A stretch of DNA of 64,000 nucleotides from contig JAWMAR010000283.1 in assembly GCA_036785375.1 (NCBI GenBank), positions 124,001 to 188,000 on the forward strand, written 5' to 3'. Shown here in pieces: positions 24,670 through 38,363 of the stretch; position 1 is the first letter of the stretch, and the number at the start of each line of letters is the position of its first letter. The translations under genes were made by a program, and so were the position numbers. Under the pieces are notes generated by a model. That model had not been told where the DNA came from. It did not search any database and saw nothing but the letters and a program-made list of their open reading frames with translations. The stretch is from Leucoraja ocellata. Lineage: Eukaryota.

Positions 24670-25340
24670 GGAATGACATAAGTACATTAATACAATAAGT
24701 GGCAGGACCCTGAGGAGCATTGATGTACCAATAGATTTTAGGGTGCAAATCTATAGCTCCCTAAAAGTAGCAACACAAGTAGATAGGGTGGTAAAGAATC
24801 TGGGTGCTTACTTGTCCAACAGTCGGGGCACTGAGCATAAAGGTCGGGAGGATCTGATGCAGCTCCATAAAACTTTGGATATACATTTGGAGTATTGTGT
24901 TTAGTTTTGGTTGCCCCATTTCAGGAAGAACATGGAGGCTTTGGAGAGGATGGTTTGCATGATATTGTCTGAATTAGACAGCTATAAGGAAAGGTACACA
25001 AAAAAGCTGGAGAAACTCAGCGGGTGCAGCAGCATCTATGGAGCGAAGGAAATAGGCAACGTTTCGGGCCGAAAACCCTCAGTCTGAAGAAGGGCTTCGG
25101 CCCGAAACGTTGCCTATTTCCTTCGCTCCATAGATGCTGCTGCACCCGCTGAGTTTCTCCAGCTTTTTTGTGTACCTTTGATTCTCCAGCATCTGCAGTT
25201 CCTTCTTAAAAACAGCTATAAGGAAAGGTTGGACAAATTAGTATTGTTTTATTTGCAGTGTCAGAGACTGTGGTTCAACTGATGATCATATATAAAATTA
25301 TGAGGAACAAAAATAGGATAGATAGTCAGAGTTTTTTCCC
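24670..25340 (+). mobile_element. Degenerate CR1 ORF2 fragment interrupted by a foldback element
   Basis: LYKTL...HLEYCV*FWLPHFRK-like remnant continues on both sides of the insertion at 24996-25211. Confidence 0.7.
24996..25211 (+). mobile_element. Young Penelope-derived foldback with hammerhead-like core and 18-bp TSD
   Basis: Near-perfect inverted arms of about 80 bp; CTGAAGAAGGGCTTCGGCCCGAAACGTT at 25084; TSD ACAGCTATAAGGAAAGGT at 24978-24995 and 25212-25229. Confidence 0.85.
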
Positions 25341-25369
25341 CATTTTTACATTTTTAGCGTTAGTTTTTG

Positions 25370-25618
25370 TTTTACAGATACATTGTGGAAACAGGCCCTT
25401 TGGCCCACCAAAGACATGCCAACCAGCGCACACTTGTACACTAGTTCTATCCTGTAACCCAAAAACCTGCACATCTTTGGAATGTGGGAGGAAACTCAAG
25501 CAGTCACAGTCAGGAAGAACGTACAAACTCCGTACAGACAGCACCCGTAGTCAGGCTTGAACCTGGGTCTCTGGCAATGTAAGGCAGCATCTCCCCCACT
25601 GCGCCACTGTGCCACCGC
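25370..25618 (-). mobile_element. HE1-type V-SINE (internal deletions)
   Basis: Similar to the other copies. Confidence 0.8.
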
Positions 25619-26209
25619 CTCGAAGTATCTCAGTGACCCCACCAGCCACCCTTCCCCTCAAGATCCCTCAGTGACCTCACTGATCGCCCCTCACTCAAGT
25701 TGCTTCATTGAGCCCAATCATTAGTCAAGTCAAGTCAAGTCAAGAGAGTTTATTGTCATGTGACCCAGATAGGACAATGAAATTCTGGCTTGCTGCAGCA
25801 CAACAGGATATTGTAAGCATAAATACAGAACATTACTTTAATAGTAATGAGTAATTGGGGTCAAGGAAAGAGCGTTCACGTCACGGCCCTGTTTCCACCA
25901 ATCTTTCCACCGCCACGCACAAGAAGTGACAAGACAGACACCATTGTGTGCAGATGCTGAGAAGTGTGTTCAACTGTGGCTGAACAACTTCTAATCTTGT
26001 GTGTGGACTCGATAAGGAGAAGAATGAGTAATTCCCATGGAGGTTGTTGCCAGTCACATGCTTGTTCTGCTGTTTCCTGTTCGCCAGCTCCGGGGGCTTT
26101 ATGGGTGCTGTTGAATAGAGATGACTGCTGCCTATGTTGGGAATTCTGCCCCTTTGCTTCTGAGAGTCCCATCGGACGTTCACATGCTGAGACCTGCAGA
26201 GAGCGGTTC

Positions 26210-26555
26210 TAGGTTCATAAGTTATAGAAGAAAAATTAGGCCATTCGGCCCATCAATTGTATTCCACCATTCAATCATGGCCGATTTCCCCCTCAACCCC
26301 ATTCTCCTGCCTTCTCCCCGTAACCCTGACACCCATACTAATCAAGAATCTGTCAATAGCTGCCTTAAAAATATTAATTGACTTGACCTCCACAGCCGTC
26401 TGTGGCAATGAATTCCACAGATTCACCACCCTCTGACTAAAGAAATTCCTCCTTATCTCCTTTCTAAATGTAGGTCCTGTTATTCTGATTCTAGTTTTAG
26501 ACTCGGACTCAGACTAGTGGAAACATCCTCTCCACATCCACTCCATCTAGGCCTT
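26210..26555 (-). mobile_element. CR1-type LINE 3' end
   Basis: Similar to 11395-11735. Confidence 0.8.
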
Positions 26556-27722
26556 TGTTTTGTTTCGGATTACTCAAAGGTTGCAGCACAACAGAATCTA
26601 ACATCGCTGCTTGTGAAAGGTTGTTCTAATGTATTTCTTCCAGACCTTAATCTTCAACCTTAATTTCCCTCCCCCATGGAGCAGCTCTTAAACCATGATA
26701 CACTTTGCTGGTGGCACACAGCCCTGTTGCAGGGATTTGGGATAGGATGGAGATGATGGTCTGAGTGGCGGATTGTTCTATGTTTTACCCCGAGGCATTT
26801 TCCATGGATTATTTCCCTCATGGAATATTCAGCCTGTCTGCAATCATTTGATAGGTTTATATCTTGATGTAATTTTTATTGATCAGTTGAAAATGCACAA
26901 CTGTGGCACTCGATGTGAATGAAAGTTTGTGAATTGGCATGTTCGATTTTAACAACTGCATTTATCTGCATATTCTTGTCATCTTCATATTTAATCTCTT
27001 TCATTCATAAAGTAATTTTCTACCTCCCTAATGTACTATACTACCATAAATTAATCAGAACAATTTGGCTTGTTTAAAGAAAATAACTTTGAACGGCTAT
27101 TATTTAATTGATCTTTTAATTAAATGTGTTGATATTTATATCTTCCTAAATTTATCAATACTTAGATATTTTCAAATTAGTTTTTTTTTAAATTGGTGCA
27201 TAATTACAGCTCAAATGCACCGATTAGACTTATTTTAATAAATATTTTGTGCTCTAATAAACTACTTGAACTAAAGTAATGAAAAAAATCATATGCAACA
27301 GTATTGAGGTAAAGTTAATTAAACTGTAATCAAGGGTTTTAGCATTAATTATTAATACGTTTTCAAAGAAAACATTGCGTTTGAAAACTTCAACGCAACT
27401 TGTAATTCGATCCAGTAAACCTTACCCTAGACTTGAAATGAAATATATTTAATAAGAATGGTTGCAAAATAGACTTTTGTCTGTCGCTTATTATCATTTA
27501 AGTGGAACCTTTTGCGTGGGCAAGTAGATATTTTTAAAATCTTGCCAAAGAATAGGAAGGTGAGACAGAGTAATTACAGTTGTAGGGAATACAACAAATT
27601 AAATAATGCCTTGACTGTGAAAGCGTGGGAGTTGGTTGACAAGTGAATAAAAATAAAATAATTTGAACCTTAACGATTGAACACCTTGCTTCATTCCAGA
27701 GGCAAACTTGACTGGTTACAGT

Positions 27723-27902
27723 GTTAAAGAGGGAACTGCAGATGCTGGAGAATCGTAGGTTACACAGAAAAGCTGGAGGAACTCAGCGGGTGCAGCAGCA
27801 TCTATCTGTCTGAAGAAGGGTTTCGGCCCGAAACGTTGCCTATTTCCTTCGCTCCATAGATGCTGCTGCACCCGCTGAGTTTCTCCAGCTTTTCTGTGTA
27901 AC
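27723..27902 (-). mobile_element. Young Penelope-derived foldback with 16-bp TSD
   Basis: Same subfamily as 24996-25211 but with the complete terminus on the left; TSD CTTGACTGGTTACAGT at 27707-27722 and 27903-27918. Confidence 0.85.
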
Positions 27903-30900
27903 CTTGACTGGTTACAGTATGGCTTAATAAAAGAAGAATCACCTATTAGCAGACTAAGTTTGGAGAGAAAATAAAACAAGCTCAACTTGATGGTGCAGTA
28001 AAGGGTTTCACATACTGTAATTTACACTTCCAAGTTTCCTTCAGTTATTCCAATTAAAGTCATAGTACATTTTATTATTAATCTTCCCAAAGATAATATG
28101 GTCCAGTTATCATCAGCAGTAGGCCAGCTGTTAGCTGTCTATCAACCACCTGAAGTGGACAAGCTGAGCAGGAGCAAGAATGTCATTCCTTTGATCTGGC
28201 AAAGAGCAGCTGCTGATTTATGTACCAGGACTTTGTTCCTCTGTTCTATTTTACTTTCTTTCCTAAGGCAGAACCATGAAATCTGGTGGAAAACTGCATT
28301 GTTCATTGCAACATCAACAAGCTCTGACAACTGCAACAGGCTTTCGTTGGCTTCAAGACAGCTCTCAGGCATCTCTTCTGATGCTCACCTTTCGAGATTC
28401 AGTTGTTATTGTTCAATTTAACTTCTGTACATTGAATGGACTGTGGCCAACACGCCTGGGGCATAAACACACCTGTATGAAAGGAGCCTTATTGTGGCAA
28501 CTATCTCGTCCAAACTACATACATACTCCCCATTTCCATACTAAGAAAGAATGCTCCATCCTCCCCTATGGCACTTCTTGCCTGAAGTGCACTTCATATT
28601 TCTGCTGACCTGTAAAGCCTTATCCACAGTCAAGAGCATTTTTCCGTTTTTATTTATTAAGGCTATAAGACCTAAAGAATGGGGATTAGAGAGGTAACTT
28701 TATATTTGGCTGTCTGTCAGTCACAAAACAAAAATTCTCTCAGGATCCACAGAGCAAATCAGAGTGAAGTTTCCTTATTGGGATTAGTTCCATTAGCCCA
28801 GACCCAAACATTTTAGTTTGACATGTATATTGCTGAAGTAAATTCCACTCTTCACCTCCACACATATCACCAGCACACAGCATTCAGTAGATGCAGCGTT
28901 AGGCTGGCTTCTCATTTACAGAGTGCATGGTAGATGTTTTTGCAAAAAGATTTCTGGATGGACCAGTGAACGATTATCTTTGTAGATAAATCTGATGTGG
29001 TTAAGATGCTTCGCTATTAATCATCCATGATGATAAACTCTTAACATAATCAATACCTCACTTTTATGCGACGGTGTTAGATTACTTGATTGAATTAGAG
29101 ATTATATTAATGGACTTAATAAATCCTGAACTCAACATGTAGAGCGATGAGTCTCAAATTTTATATTAAACACAAGACAATCTGGAGGTAATTATAGTTT
29201 TAAAAAAACATTGTGCACAACACAAGCAACTTGAAAATAGCTTATTATTTTGAACATGGCTCTTCATATTACAGAGAAGTAAACCATATATTTGATGCCA
29301 TCTTATAGTCAGCTGCTTGGTCTACCTTACAAATCTTTGAAACCACTAGTTCAGGTCAATAAACTGAAGTGCCTGACCTCCAACTACTCTTGCAAGTGTC
29401 ATTTAGAATAAGAGCAGTGAATCACGAACAGAGTAGAAAATATCTCAATTATGGGACTGATTGACTCCATAGAGAGTTGTTGCTCTGTCATTACTGTAGA
29501 CAGGGAGCAGCCTGTATTGTGTATTAGCAGAGTTTAAAATTATTTTCAGTGGAACAACAGCAGGGCAATTCTATACAAGGGTAGAGTGATAATTATTTAA
29601 TCAATATTGTCGAACATCATTCCTACATTCAACAGCCCCCACTCAAAGATAACACAAAATACCAATTTCATTCTGCCTTAGTTTCTGCACTATTTACATA
29701 AGGATTTGTCTACAAGTTCTGATCTTCAGCAACCAAATCAAAATGTGCAACCACAGTTTTGCAATGAAATTAAACTTCACTTTTTGTTTAAATGTGCACA
29801 ATGTGAGATGTATTTTAGGGCACATCATGTAAAGCAAACACTCAACATGGGATTTGAATCAGAGTTAAATCTGTACCTACTGGTAGAGCACTGGATCAAC
29901 CTGACTTCTTGCAGATCCCAAGGCAAAACCCACAAAGCCTAACTGTCAAGAAAACGCAAATGAAAGGAGATACTGGTTGTAGAGTGGTGTGTCAGGTTCA
30001 TCCCTGAGGCCAGCGAATTGTGTTTTCTGAGTCGTCTGACATTAATAGTGCATAGAGCTCTCCCTCCTTTACACTCATGTTAAACCTCAAGTATGTTTGT
30101 GCGAAAGCCTCTATCCTCTGACTATTTGTTTCAATTAATGGAATGGAATTAATTGAACGGACGAAGTTCTACTTTAAATTATCCGTAGATAGCACTCTTT
30201 GTATGCCCAACTTCTAACTAGAAAACCATTCCCTTGTGTGATTTACATCACACATGATTTTACAATATTTTTCTTACTTGTACTCTCCAACCTCTGTCAC
30301 TAAAACCCAAGTTTATCAATTAAATAAAAATCCATGCTAGTTTGAAGTGACTTGCCCAAATGACCCAGTCTCAGAGCAGAAGGATAAATGTGATATAATG
30401 AGCTATCACTGGTTTCCTAACATCTTTATGACTGATGTGCATTTTTCAAAATAGCTTCTTCTCCAGTTGCTGAAGTTGTATACAGTGGATTTACATAATA
30501 CTGCCAAATATCAACATAATTAATGTGCACGTCCAAAATCCATGCCATTAAACTATGTCAATACATTAGCTTTCCACAAAAAGCATGAATAATTTGTGCG
30601 CATTTAGGCAAGGTTAAATGATGGTAGCAGAACTAACCTAAAGAGGGTGCTATTTTAAACTTGTCAACCTTCCTCACTGGATTTTTCAACTTTCTTTATC
30701 CCCATTGTGGCCCTGATTATCGAACAAGTGACTTATCTTTCAGCATTTACAGAGAGACAGAAGGAGTCGACCTAAAGGCGCGATATAAATCCCATCCATT
30801 ATTATTATTATTACTTTGATAAAACTTTCATATCCAGGCAAAGATAAAAGATAATGGATAACCTTGAGGTGCTAGTTCCTAAATTTCTCAATATTTAACG

Positions 30901-32049
30901 ATGTGAATTTTTTTTTGCTGAAGAAAAGGGACCTGTGTATAATGAGAGGACGGATTAGTACTTTTTAAAGCAAATTCTAAAATATAGTTAATCATTAGGT
31001 GCGCAACAAGATTGGAATATAATTTGAACATTTGGCTCGTATTTATGGGAATATTAAGCTGTTCCATTCCCCTTTGCAGACCTATAATGGTTTGACCAAT
31101 AGAGACCAAGGTTTCACACACAGGGGATCAAAAACTGATGTCTAGACCTAACCACTTAAGACAGGTGACTATTAGTCCTAGTCCCCATGGTGACTGCCTC
31201 TTAACTGTCTGTCTGGTCTACATTAATATCTTAAGATTTTTTATTTATAAACTCCAATCTAGAAAAGGTGCCAACTTAAGCCATTCCAACTGTGCTGCAG
31301 AGATTAATTTTCTGTAATACAAACATTTTATTTTAGTAACTGGCAGTCTTAAGCAAAAGTAAAGACCTCGAAGCAGCCAATGCCAGTAGTTTTCCATTCC
31401 TGACATTTAGAAATTATAGAGCAAATCTCAACCATTAATTGGCACATTCACAAATTACCATCCATATCAGACGATCCAGTGAGGTTTGATAACATTAGCC
31501 CTTCTGTGGAATCTTCTTTAATTCAATTTATCTTCACCTTCTACCAAATATGGTGTTCCACCTTAAACGTCTGTGTGCCACAAGCAGACTATATCGCTGC
31601 TTTGAGTGTTACTGATAGCCTTTATGAAATGTGTTCTCGCCTGTGAAGCCAGCAGGTCTTCTGTTTGGTAAACAACTACAAGCATTTCAAATCCCTTTTA
31701 CACCATTTTCTCTCCTTTCTTCCTGACATAGTGAGTGCTAATTACATCCCTTTGAAAAATATAGTATTTTTGCACTATCTATACCACAGGAACAGTGAAA
31801 ATGGATAACATGCCACGTATAATGGAAGGAATCTAAAAGTGAATTGATCGTTCTGGGAATTCTGTCCAATTGTACCCCAGGAGCGGGAGAGACTTGAAAC
31901 GTTGCCAACTAGAACAGGTCAGCCAATGGTTTTTGCCCTGCCAGTTATACAGAAGTCTTGCTAAACTCCCAGGGCTGTAAAGATGAGCGCTGGCTCGGAA
32001 TAATGTTTAACCATATTCTACCAAGGGCAAATTAAACAGGAAAATAAGG

Positions 32050-32415
32050 TGAGTTTAGTTTATTGTCACATGTACTGAGGTACAGTGAAAAGCTTTTGTT
32101 GCATGTGAACCAGTCAGCGGAAAGGCAATACATGATCACAATGGAGCAATCCACAGTGTACACATACAGGATAAAGGGAATAACGGGAATAACGTTTAGC
32201 GCATGATAACGTACAGTAAAGTCCAATCAAAGATAGTCCGAGGGTCTCCAATGTGGTAGATAGTAGCTCTGGACTGCTCTCTAGTTGTTGATAGGATGGT
32301 TCAGTTACCCCATAACAGCTGGGAAGAAACTGTCCCTGAATCTGGAGGTGAGCGTGTACTTATGTACATTTCGCCCGATGGGAGAGGGGAGAAGTGGGAG
32401 TGGCCGGGGTGCACT
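32050..32415 (-). mobile_element. Rex1/Babar-like LINE 3' end
   Basis: Copy of the 6465 family. Confidence 0.7.
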
Positions 32416-32669
32416 CTGGTCTCTTCAACAGAAAAACTACCACCAGTAAAGCTTACTCGCAATTCAATCATGTTTTGGAAAAGGAACATCAGCAACAGGA
32501 GAAGCCCATTCAGCCCATCTTCACTCCTACATCGCCCTTTGGTTAGATCCTATCTGGTCTTCATTTCAATTCTATTTGACTTGGCTCCGTCTTGCTCAAT
32601 TTACACTTCCCTTCCAAAGTTCTACCATTCTCAGTATTCAAATTACAGGTTTACATTAGCTTTAGTACT

Positions 32670-32933
32670 TTAGTTGAGAGATACAGCGCGGAAACAGGCT
32701 CTTCGGCAGTCCGCATCGACCAGCGATCACTCCGTATACTCATACTATTCTACACACTTGGGCCAATTTACAATTTTTCTGAAGTCAATTAACCTACAAA
32801 CCTGTACGTCCTTGGAGTGTAGAAGAAAATCCACATGGTCACAGGGAGAAGGTACAAACTCCATACAGACAGTACCTCTAGTCAGGATTGAACCTGTATG
32901 GCAGCAACTCTAGCCCTGCGCCACTGGCTGCCC
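32670..32933 (-). mobile_element. HE1-type V-SINE
   Basis: Similar to the other copies. Confidence 0.8.
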
Positions 32934-33214
32934 CTCTACATTTCCCGATTTGATGGTTTTAATTCTGGGTTCCATCATTTTCAATACCCTCTATCAATGG
33001 ACATAGGTTTCCTACATCACGTCTGTAAGCTCCTTCCAACATTTTGAACACTTCAATTGTCCACATGCCCATTTATACCATTATATCACATTTATACCAT
33101 TTATACCATGTATTCTTTATAAAGGATAAACCCTAACAAGTAAACATTTGAATTTAAAGTTACAGTGCTTTTTAATGCCAATCTATTTGAGCTTTTGTGT
33201 TAAAAATGGAATTA

Positions 33215-33333
33215 AATGGTTTAGAGGGATATGGGCCAAATGCGGGCTGGTGGGGCTAGTGTAGATGGGGAGTCTTGATCGGCATGGGCAAGTTGGATCG
33301 AAGGGCCTATTTCCATGCTGTATGACTCTATGA
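33215..33333 (+). mobile_element. CR1/HER1-like LINE extreme 3' end
   Basis: ggtttagagggatatgggccaaatgcgg...gaagggcctatttccatgctgtatgactctatga; related copies near 23800-23885 and 40015-40128; tail similar to the SINE tail. Confidence 0.7.
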
Positions 33334-35637
33334 ATGTACAGTACCATGTACTACTGACCATGTAGATGCTCTGCATAAGGCCTCACCTTAAACTAATGTT
33401 ATACTGCAGCAGATGCGAGCCTAAATGATGGGTGCTTCACTGCTAGGAATGGGCATACATCACAGGGTAGATTGGATTTGATGGCACCTTTAAATTATAG
33501 AGTGCAATTTGTGTTGAGACTAAGTTAGACCCTGTGTGCACTGAAGCTAACTGGATGGCTTAAACTATAAATCTTACACGATGGGCAGGTGCTGCCTTGA
33601 AGACTTCTGTATTCCGCATATAAAAGGGAACAGCGAGTGGGAGTTGCTTCAATTGGCGATTCAGTAAGGTAGTTCCTAAACTCAAGTGCAGAATACATGA
33701 AGACTTGTGATAATGCAGACACCATCAAAAAGAACATTTTATTTTACAAAATGTAATGCAGAACGCACACAAGTAAAAATAGATGCTCTTTCCCCCTCAC
33801 TTAGCTGTTTAAAAGCGCAGCCTACCACATTGTTCTTTATATCTGCTTTAGCGAGTTTTATTTTGACATTGTTTTTAGTGATTTGCTGTGAAATATCAGA
33901 CTGACTGCTCACTCCAACCCCTCCTCAACCACTTCCCTCAACCACTTCCCCCAACCACCCCCCCCCCCACTCCACCCCCACTCCCAGCCCCAATTGCTCC
34001 TTTTTATAGCCTTCGTTCGATGGCCTTTTCATCTCAGTGATGCTGTCGTTGGTCACAAATCTCACTGCTATTCCACTGTGACATCTTCACTCCTTTGCTG
34101 CTGCTCATTAACAAACAATACTGCTGTGAAATTGGTTTAATGACAAAGTAATAAAATTGCTATTCAACTCACAGATTGCCCGAGGCTCCTCGAGCTCCTA
34201 CAAGGCTTACACTGTGTGCCAAGATGCATTAAGCTGCTTATTTGTGTACACTGCATCCTTCACTCTGTTTTAGTCTATTTTTCTCTGTCTATATTCAATA
34301 CTGTTTCCTTGCTGCCTCCCACCTTAAAATTAACGTTGATTTATGCGTGTAACCTGTGCCACATTGACTCGCTGTGCTATACATCACACGGCTGGTACTA
34401 TAGATATTCATAAAGGAAACATGGGCCCTCAAACAAAGGAAACAAACCATTAAATATACAATTCTCTATTTAGATTTATCACAATATTAGCAGATAATTT
34501 TGACCTGTATCTTCTCAAATATGTAATGTTTCCAATCTTACTTGTTTTACATCTTAATACCTTGCTCACAAGTATTTAAGGGCCTGTGTTGGAAAAGGCT
34601 TCATAAATTTTTGTTTACAGAACAGTGATTTGTGCCATTGATGCCACATAAATTTATGGTTTTAAATCGTCATCATTTAAATGGTTAAATTAAACCATTT
34701 AACCATTTATAAGTGTTTAAAGTGCCACCATTTCTTGCTTGGCAGGGAATGTTGATGTTGTATTTACTATGCCTTGACAATTTTCTTTACAGTAGAAAGT
34801 GAACGTAAATGCATTATGGCTAAATCCCTCCAGAGAATGTTAAATATACACTGTTGTTCGGTGATGGATGAGGTTTCTCTGAACTGTCCCCACCATCATA
34901 TATTGGCACAAAATGCTGGAGTAACTTAGCGGGTCGGGCGGCATTTCTGGAGAAAAGGAATAGTTGACATTCTTCAGACCACTATCACCTCCCCGCTATC
35001 ACCTCCACAAGATGACATTGCTCCTTTAAATATCAGTTTGCCTTCTCGCTTGGGCTATTTGAAGATTTTATTAATACAAGATGTACGTATACCTACAAAG
35101 CTGTTTTTGCTGCCACCTGTTTTTCATAACGAGTGCCCATTTTCTAAAACTACTTGGTTACCATTTCTAGAGGCCACCACCTCCCCCCTGATTTACTGTT
35201 GATGGACAAGAGTGAAATAACCAACCAGCTATGGAGCAGGTGGGTAATTCTAATTATAAGCAGCCAACATTTTTATTGCTATAATGTAAGGAACTCTTAC
35301 GAGTTATTTGAGCTTTTTGTTTGCTTGTCTCCCAAAACAAGCCTTTTGGCTTTCTTGAAGCAGCGGTTTGGTTTGGAACAGTTCTGTTCAATGTGCACAA
35401 GGAATGCCTGGCAAGAGCTTCATGGGGGAGTGAAATACAATAGGCAAGTGGCCACAAAAGGCAAATGGTTATTGTGGGGGGAGCAGCTGATGGGTAGGCA
35501 TTGAAGAAAAGGGTTTAATAACCAGACAAGTCAAACCATGTGAGAGAGCAATCTGAGAAGCAGGTCACAAATAGTCTGGAGGAGGTGGTTCGAGAAGAGG
35601 CAATTCATGGTGGAAATGGAGGAACAAAAATTAAAGC

Positions 35638-35848
35638 GCAGCACACAGTGGTGCAGCACCCGAGACCCAGGTTCGATCCTGACCTCGGGTGCTGCAGTGA
35701 GGAGTTTTAGCGTTCTCCCTGTGACCGTGTGAGTTTGCTCCGGGTGCTCCGGTTTCCTCGCACATCCTAAAAATGACCAGCACGGACCAATGACCAGCAC
35801 GGACTTGCTGGGTTGAAGGGCCTGTTTCCATGCTGTATCGCTAAGCCT
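35638..35848 (+). mobile_element. HE1-type V-SINE (deleted copy)
   Basis: Head, V-domain and tail present; small internal duplication of aatgaccagcacggac. Confidence 0.75.
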
Positions 35849-35849
35849 A

Positions 35850-36260
35850 ATAGGTAATGGGAGTACAGGGAGGATAGCTGAGGCAGGATGTGATGTTTCC
35901 AAGGAGCTATCCAACTGCCGGGCCTTGTCTATGTCTTTCCACATGTAGTCATGGACTGCCTCATGTACTGTGGAATTACAATGGAATCAAACATTGTGCA
36001 ATCATCTGGGAACAACCCTACTTCTGACATCTTGTTGGAAGGAAGATGGTTGATGAAGCAGCTGAAGATGGCTGGGGCTAGGACATGGCTACGAGGAACT
36101 CCCATGGTGGGGTCATCATATAGGCAAGATTGGCCTCTGTAGCCACAACCATTCCCCCTTGTGTGACACATGACGCCAAGTACGCAAGTGTGTGCTGCCG
36201 ACTTTGATGCAACTGCAAAATTGCCATAACTCAAATCCCTCTGTAGCATCCTGGCTAATA
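35850..36260 (-). mobile_element. CR1/L2-group reverse-transcriptase fragment
   Basis: ORF 35929..36249 GVPRSHVLAPAIFSCFINHLPS...EVGLFPDDCTMF is a degenerate GVPQGS...FADD RT core. Confidence 0.8.
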
Positions 36261-36284
36261 TTTATCCTTAAATTGACGTTATCG

Positions 36285-36580
36285 GAGAATGTGGATAGGT
36301 GATGTTTCAGGTCGGGACCCTTCTTCGGATGGATTGTAGGTGGGGGGGCGGGGAAAGAAAACTGGGAGAGAGGAGAGGAAGGATAAATCATGGCATGTTT
36401 TTTCCTGCCTCTCCTCTCCCAGTTTTCTTTCCCCCTTCTCCCTACCAGCCGTCTGCAAAACTTATCCAGATCAGAAACGTCATCTATCCATGGTCTCCAG
36501 AGATGTTACCTGGCCTGCTAAGTTACTCCAGCACTTTGTGTCCTTTTGTGTCAACCAACATTTGCAGTTCCTTGTTTCTA
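36285..36580. mobile_element. Penelope-derived foldback (degenerate)
   Basis: Inverted purine/pyrimidine arms and the tail cagcactttgtg...tgcagttccttg. Confidence 0.65.
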
Positions 36581-37128
36581 TTTGTTAGAAAACATATTTT
36601 CTGATGATATTCAAATGGGAATTTTTGAGAGATTGTCAAATGCAATTAACTAACAGGTTTCCTTCATAACAACAGCAACAAAGAGTAGTAGCCATTTTTT
36701 TTCAGATGGCCTGATTTTGGACGAGGTGCCAGTTAAGGGCAGAAAGCATTGGTACAGGGTTAATGTTTCAAGTGAATGATCTTTTATCCGACATTTCATC
36801 AGTTTGGATTTGAACCGCGTGTGGCTTCACTTTGCAGGGGTTCGTTGAGATGGGAAGACGGACTATGTCCACCAATTGTCTGCAGAAACAGTTCACATCC
36901 AAAGACAGTTCTGCTGATGCTGCACTATTTTGGATTAAAAGTTTTGGCTCATGTAAGGCTTATTTTCAGACAAGCAGATGAAATAACTGCCAGGGGTTTG
37001 GATAAAGAGGATGAAAGATGGATTTGAGTGGATATAGTTGATCTTAGTTTTCTGGATAGCATCATTGAGGGTCATAACACAAATGGCAACAGCAGAAGTA
37101 AACCACAGAAGGAAGGTAATAGTAACTA

Positions 37129-37129
<1 letters not shown>

Positions 37130-37178
<49 letters not shown>
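37130..37178. repeat. (TGAT)n microsatellite
   Basis: About 12 perfect units. Confidence 0.95.
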
Positions 37179-37729
37179 AAAAATGATTGACTCTTCCTTA
37201 CGAGCTACCAATCTTGTATTCATTGATAATGTCTGTGCCTCTCTGTCAGAAGACTATGGGTTGGAGCAAATAATGATCTCAGGTGGAATTTACAAAATTT
37301 CACAATCATAGATTAGCCAACAAAGGCAGTAAATTTCTTCACATAAACGAGCCAAAATGCATCCCTCAGCCTCGACACCAAGTAGATTATCTGGTCACTT
37401 ATGTCAAAGCCCTTTCAGTCAAATTGACAGCCACATTTCCCTAACATATTCAAATGCAGGCAAGGTCTGAGCTTCACGGGTGGCAAGCTATAGACTTGAT
37501 GAGGAAGTCTTGGTATGGATCAAATCTCAACACACATGAGCAGTTAGTTGGCAGGATGCAGCAAAGATTTCAAAAGTGACAATGCTCGGGAGATGCGACG
37601 GAACATAATAAGCATCTGGACTAGCTAAGATCAGATGCTACAAATTCTGAGAGAAAAAAGCACTTGAATTATGTCAATTCAAGGGAAAATTGGACCAGGA
37701 GCCAGCAACTGATGTTTTACCTTTTTCTT

Positions 37730-38032
37730 TGTTTAGTTTAGGGATACAGCACGTAAACAGGCCCTTCAGCCAACTGAGACCACGCCAATCAGCGATCCCC
37801 ACACACTAGCACTATCCTACACATTAGGGACAATTTGCAATTTTTACCAAAGCCAATTAACCTACAAACCTGTATGTCTTTGGAGTGTGGGAGGAAACCA
37901 GAGCACTAGGGGTACACCCATGCGGTCACGAGGAGAATGTACAAACTCCGTACATACAGCACCCGTAGTCAGGATTGAATCCGGGTCTCTGGCGCTGGAA
38001 GGCAGTCACTCTACCGCTGTGCCACCGTGCCG
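37730..38032 (-). mobile_element. HE1-type V-SINE, near full length
   Basis: Clear head, V-domain and tail. Confidence 0.9.
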
Positions 38033-38055
38033 CACCATCTGACAGATCACCATTA

Positions 38056-38363
38056 AGGGCCTGTCCCACTATACCAGTTTACCCAAGAGCTCTCCCGAGT
38101 TTTAAAAAGAAATCAAACTCGTGGTAAGTACGTAGAATGTACGTAGCGGGTACGTCGGAGCTCGGGACGTCTCTTAGCGGCTCGTAACGCTAACGGCAGG
38201 TACTCGGGAAACGCGGTAAGCTCGAGATGTTTTTTCACCATGTTGAAAAATGTCCACGAGAGCCCCGAGTACCTACGAGCGGCTATTACCGTGAATCTCC
38301 GAGTTCGAATCTGGGGAAACTCGGGAGAACTCTTGAATTACCTCGTACAGTGGGACAGGCCCT
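38056..38363. mobile_element. PIF/Harbinger-type MITE (308 bp)
   Basis: Perfect 15-bp TIR AGGGCCTGTCCCACT / AGTGGGACAGGCCCT, imperfectly extending to about 46 bp; TTA TSD on both sides. Confidence 0.88.

Noticed and set aside
24996-25211. Hairpin as a microRNA precursor, terminator or CRISPR-like repeat
   Set aside because: Multi-copy transposon-derived foldback with a TSD; no repeat-spacer array and no small-RNA evidence available.
37130-37178. (TGAT)n as a Pbx-binding array
   Set aside because: Ordinary tetranucleotide microsatellite; the motif match is incidental without binding data.
37240-37460. Possible ancient Deu-domain SINE remnant
   Set aside because: Only short, degenerate similarity recalled by eye; cannot be supported without an alignment.
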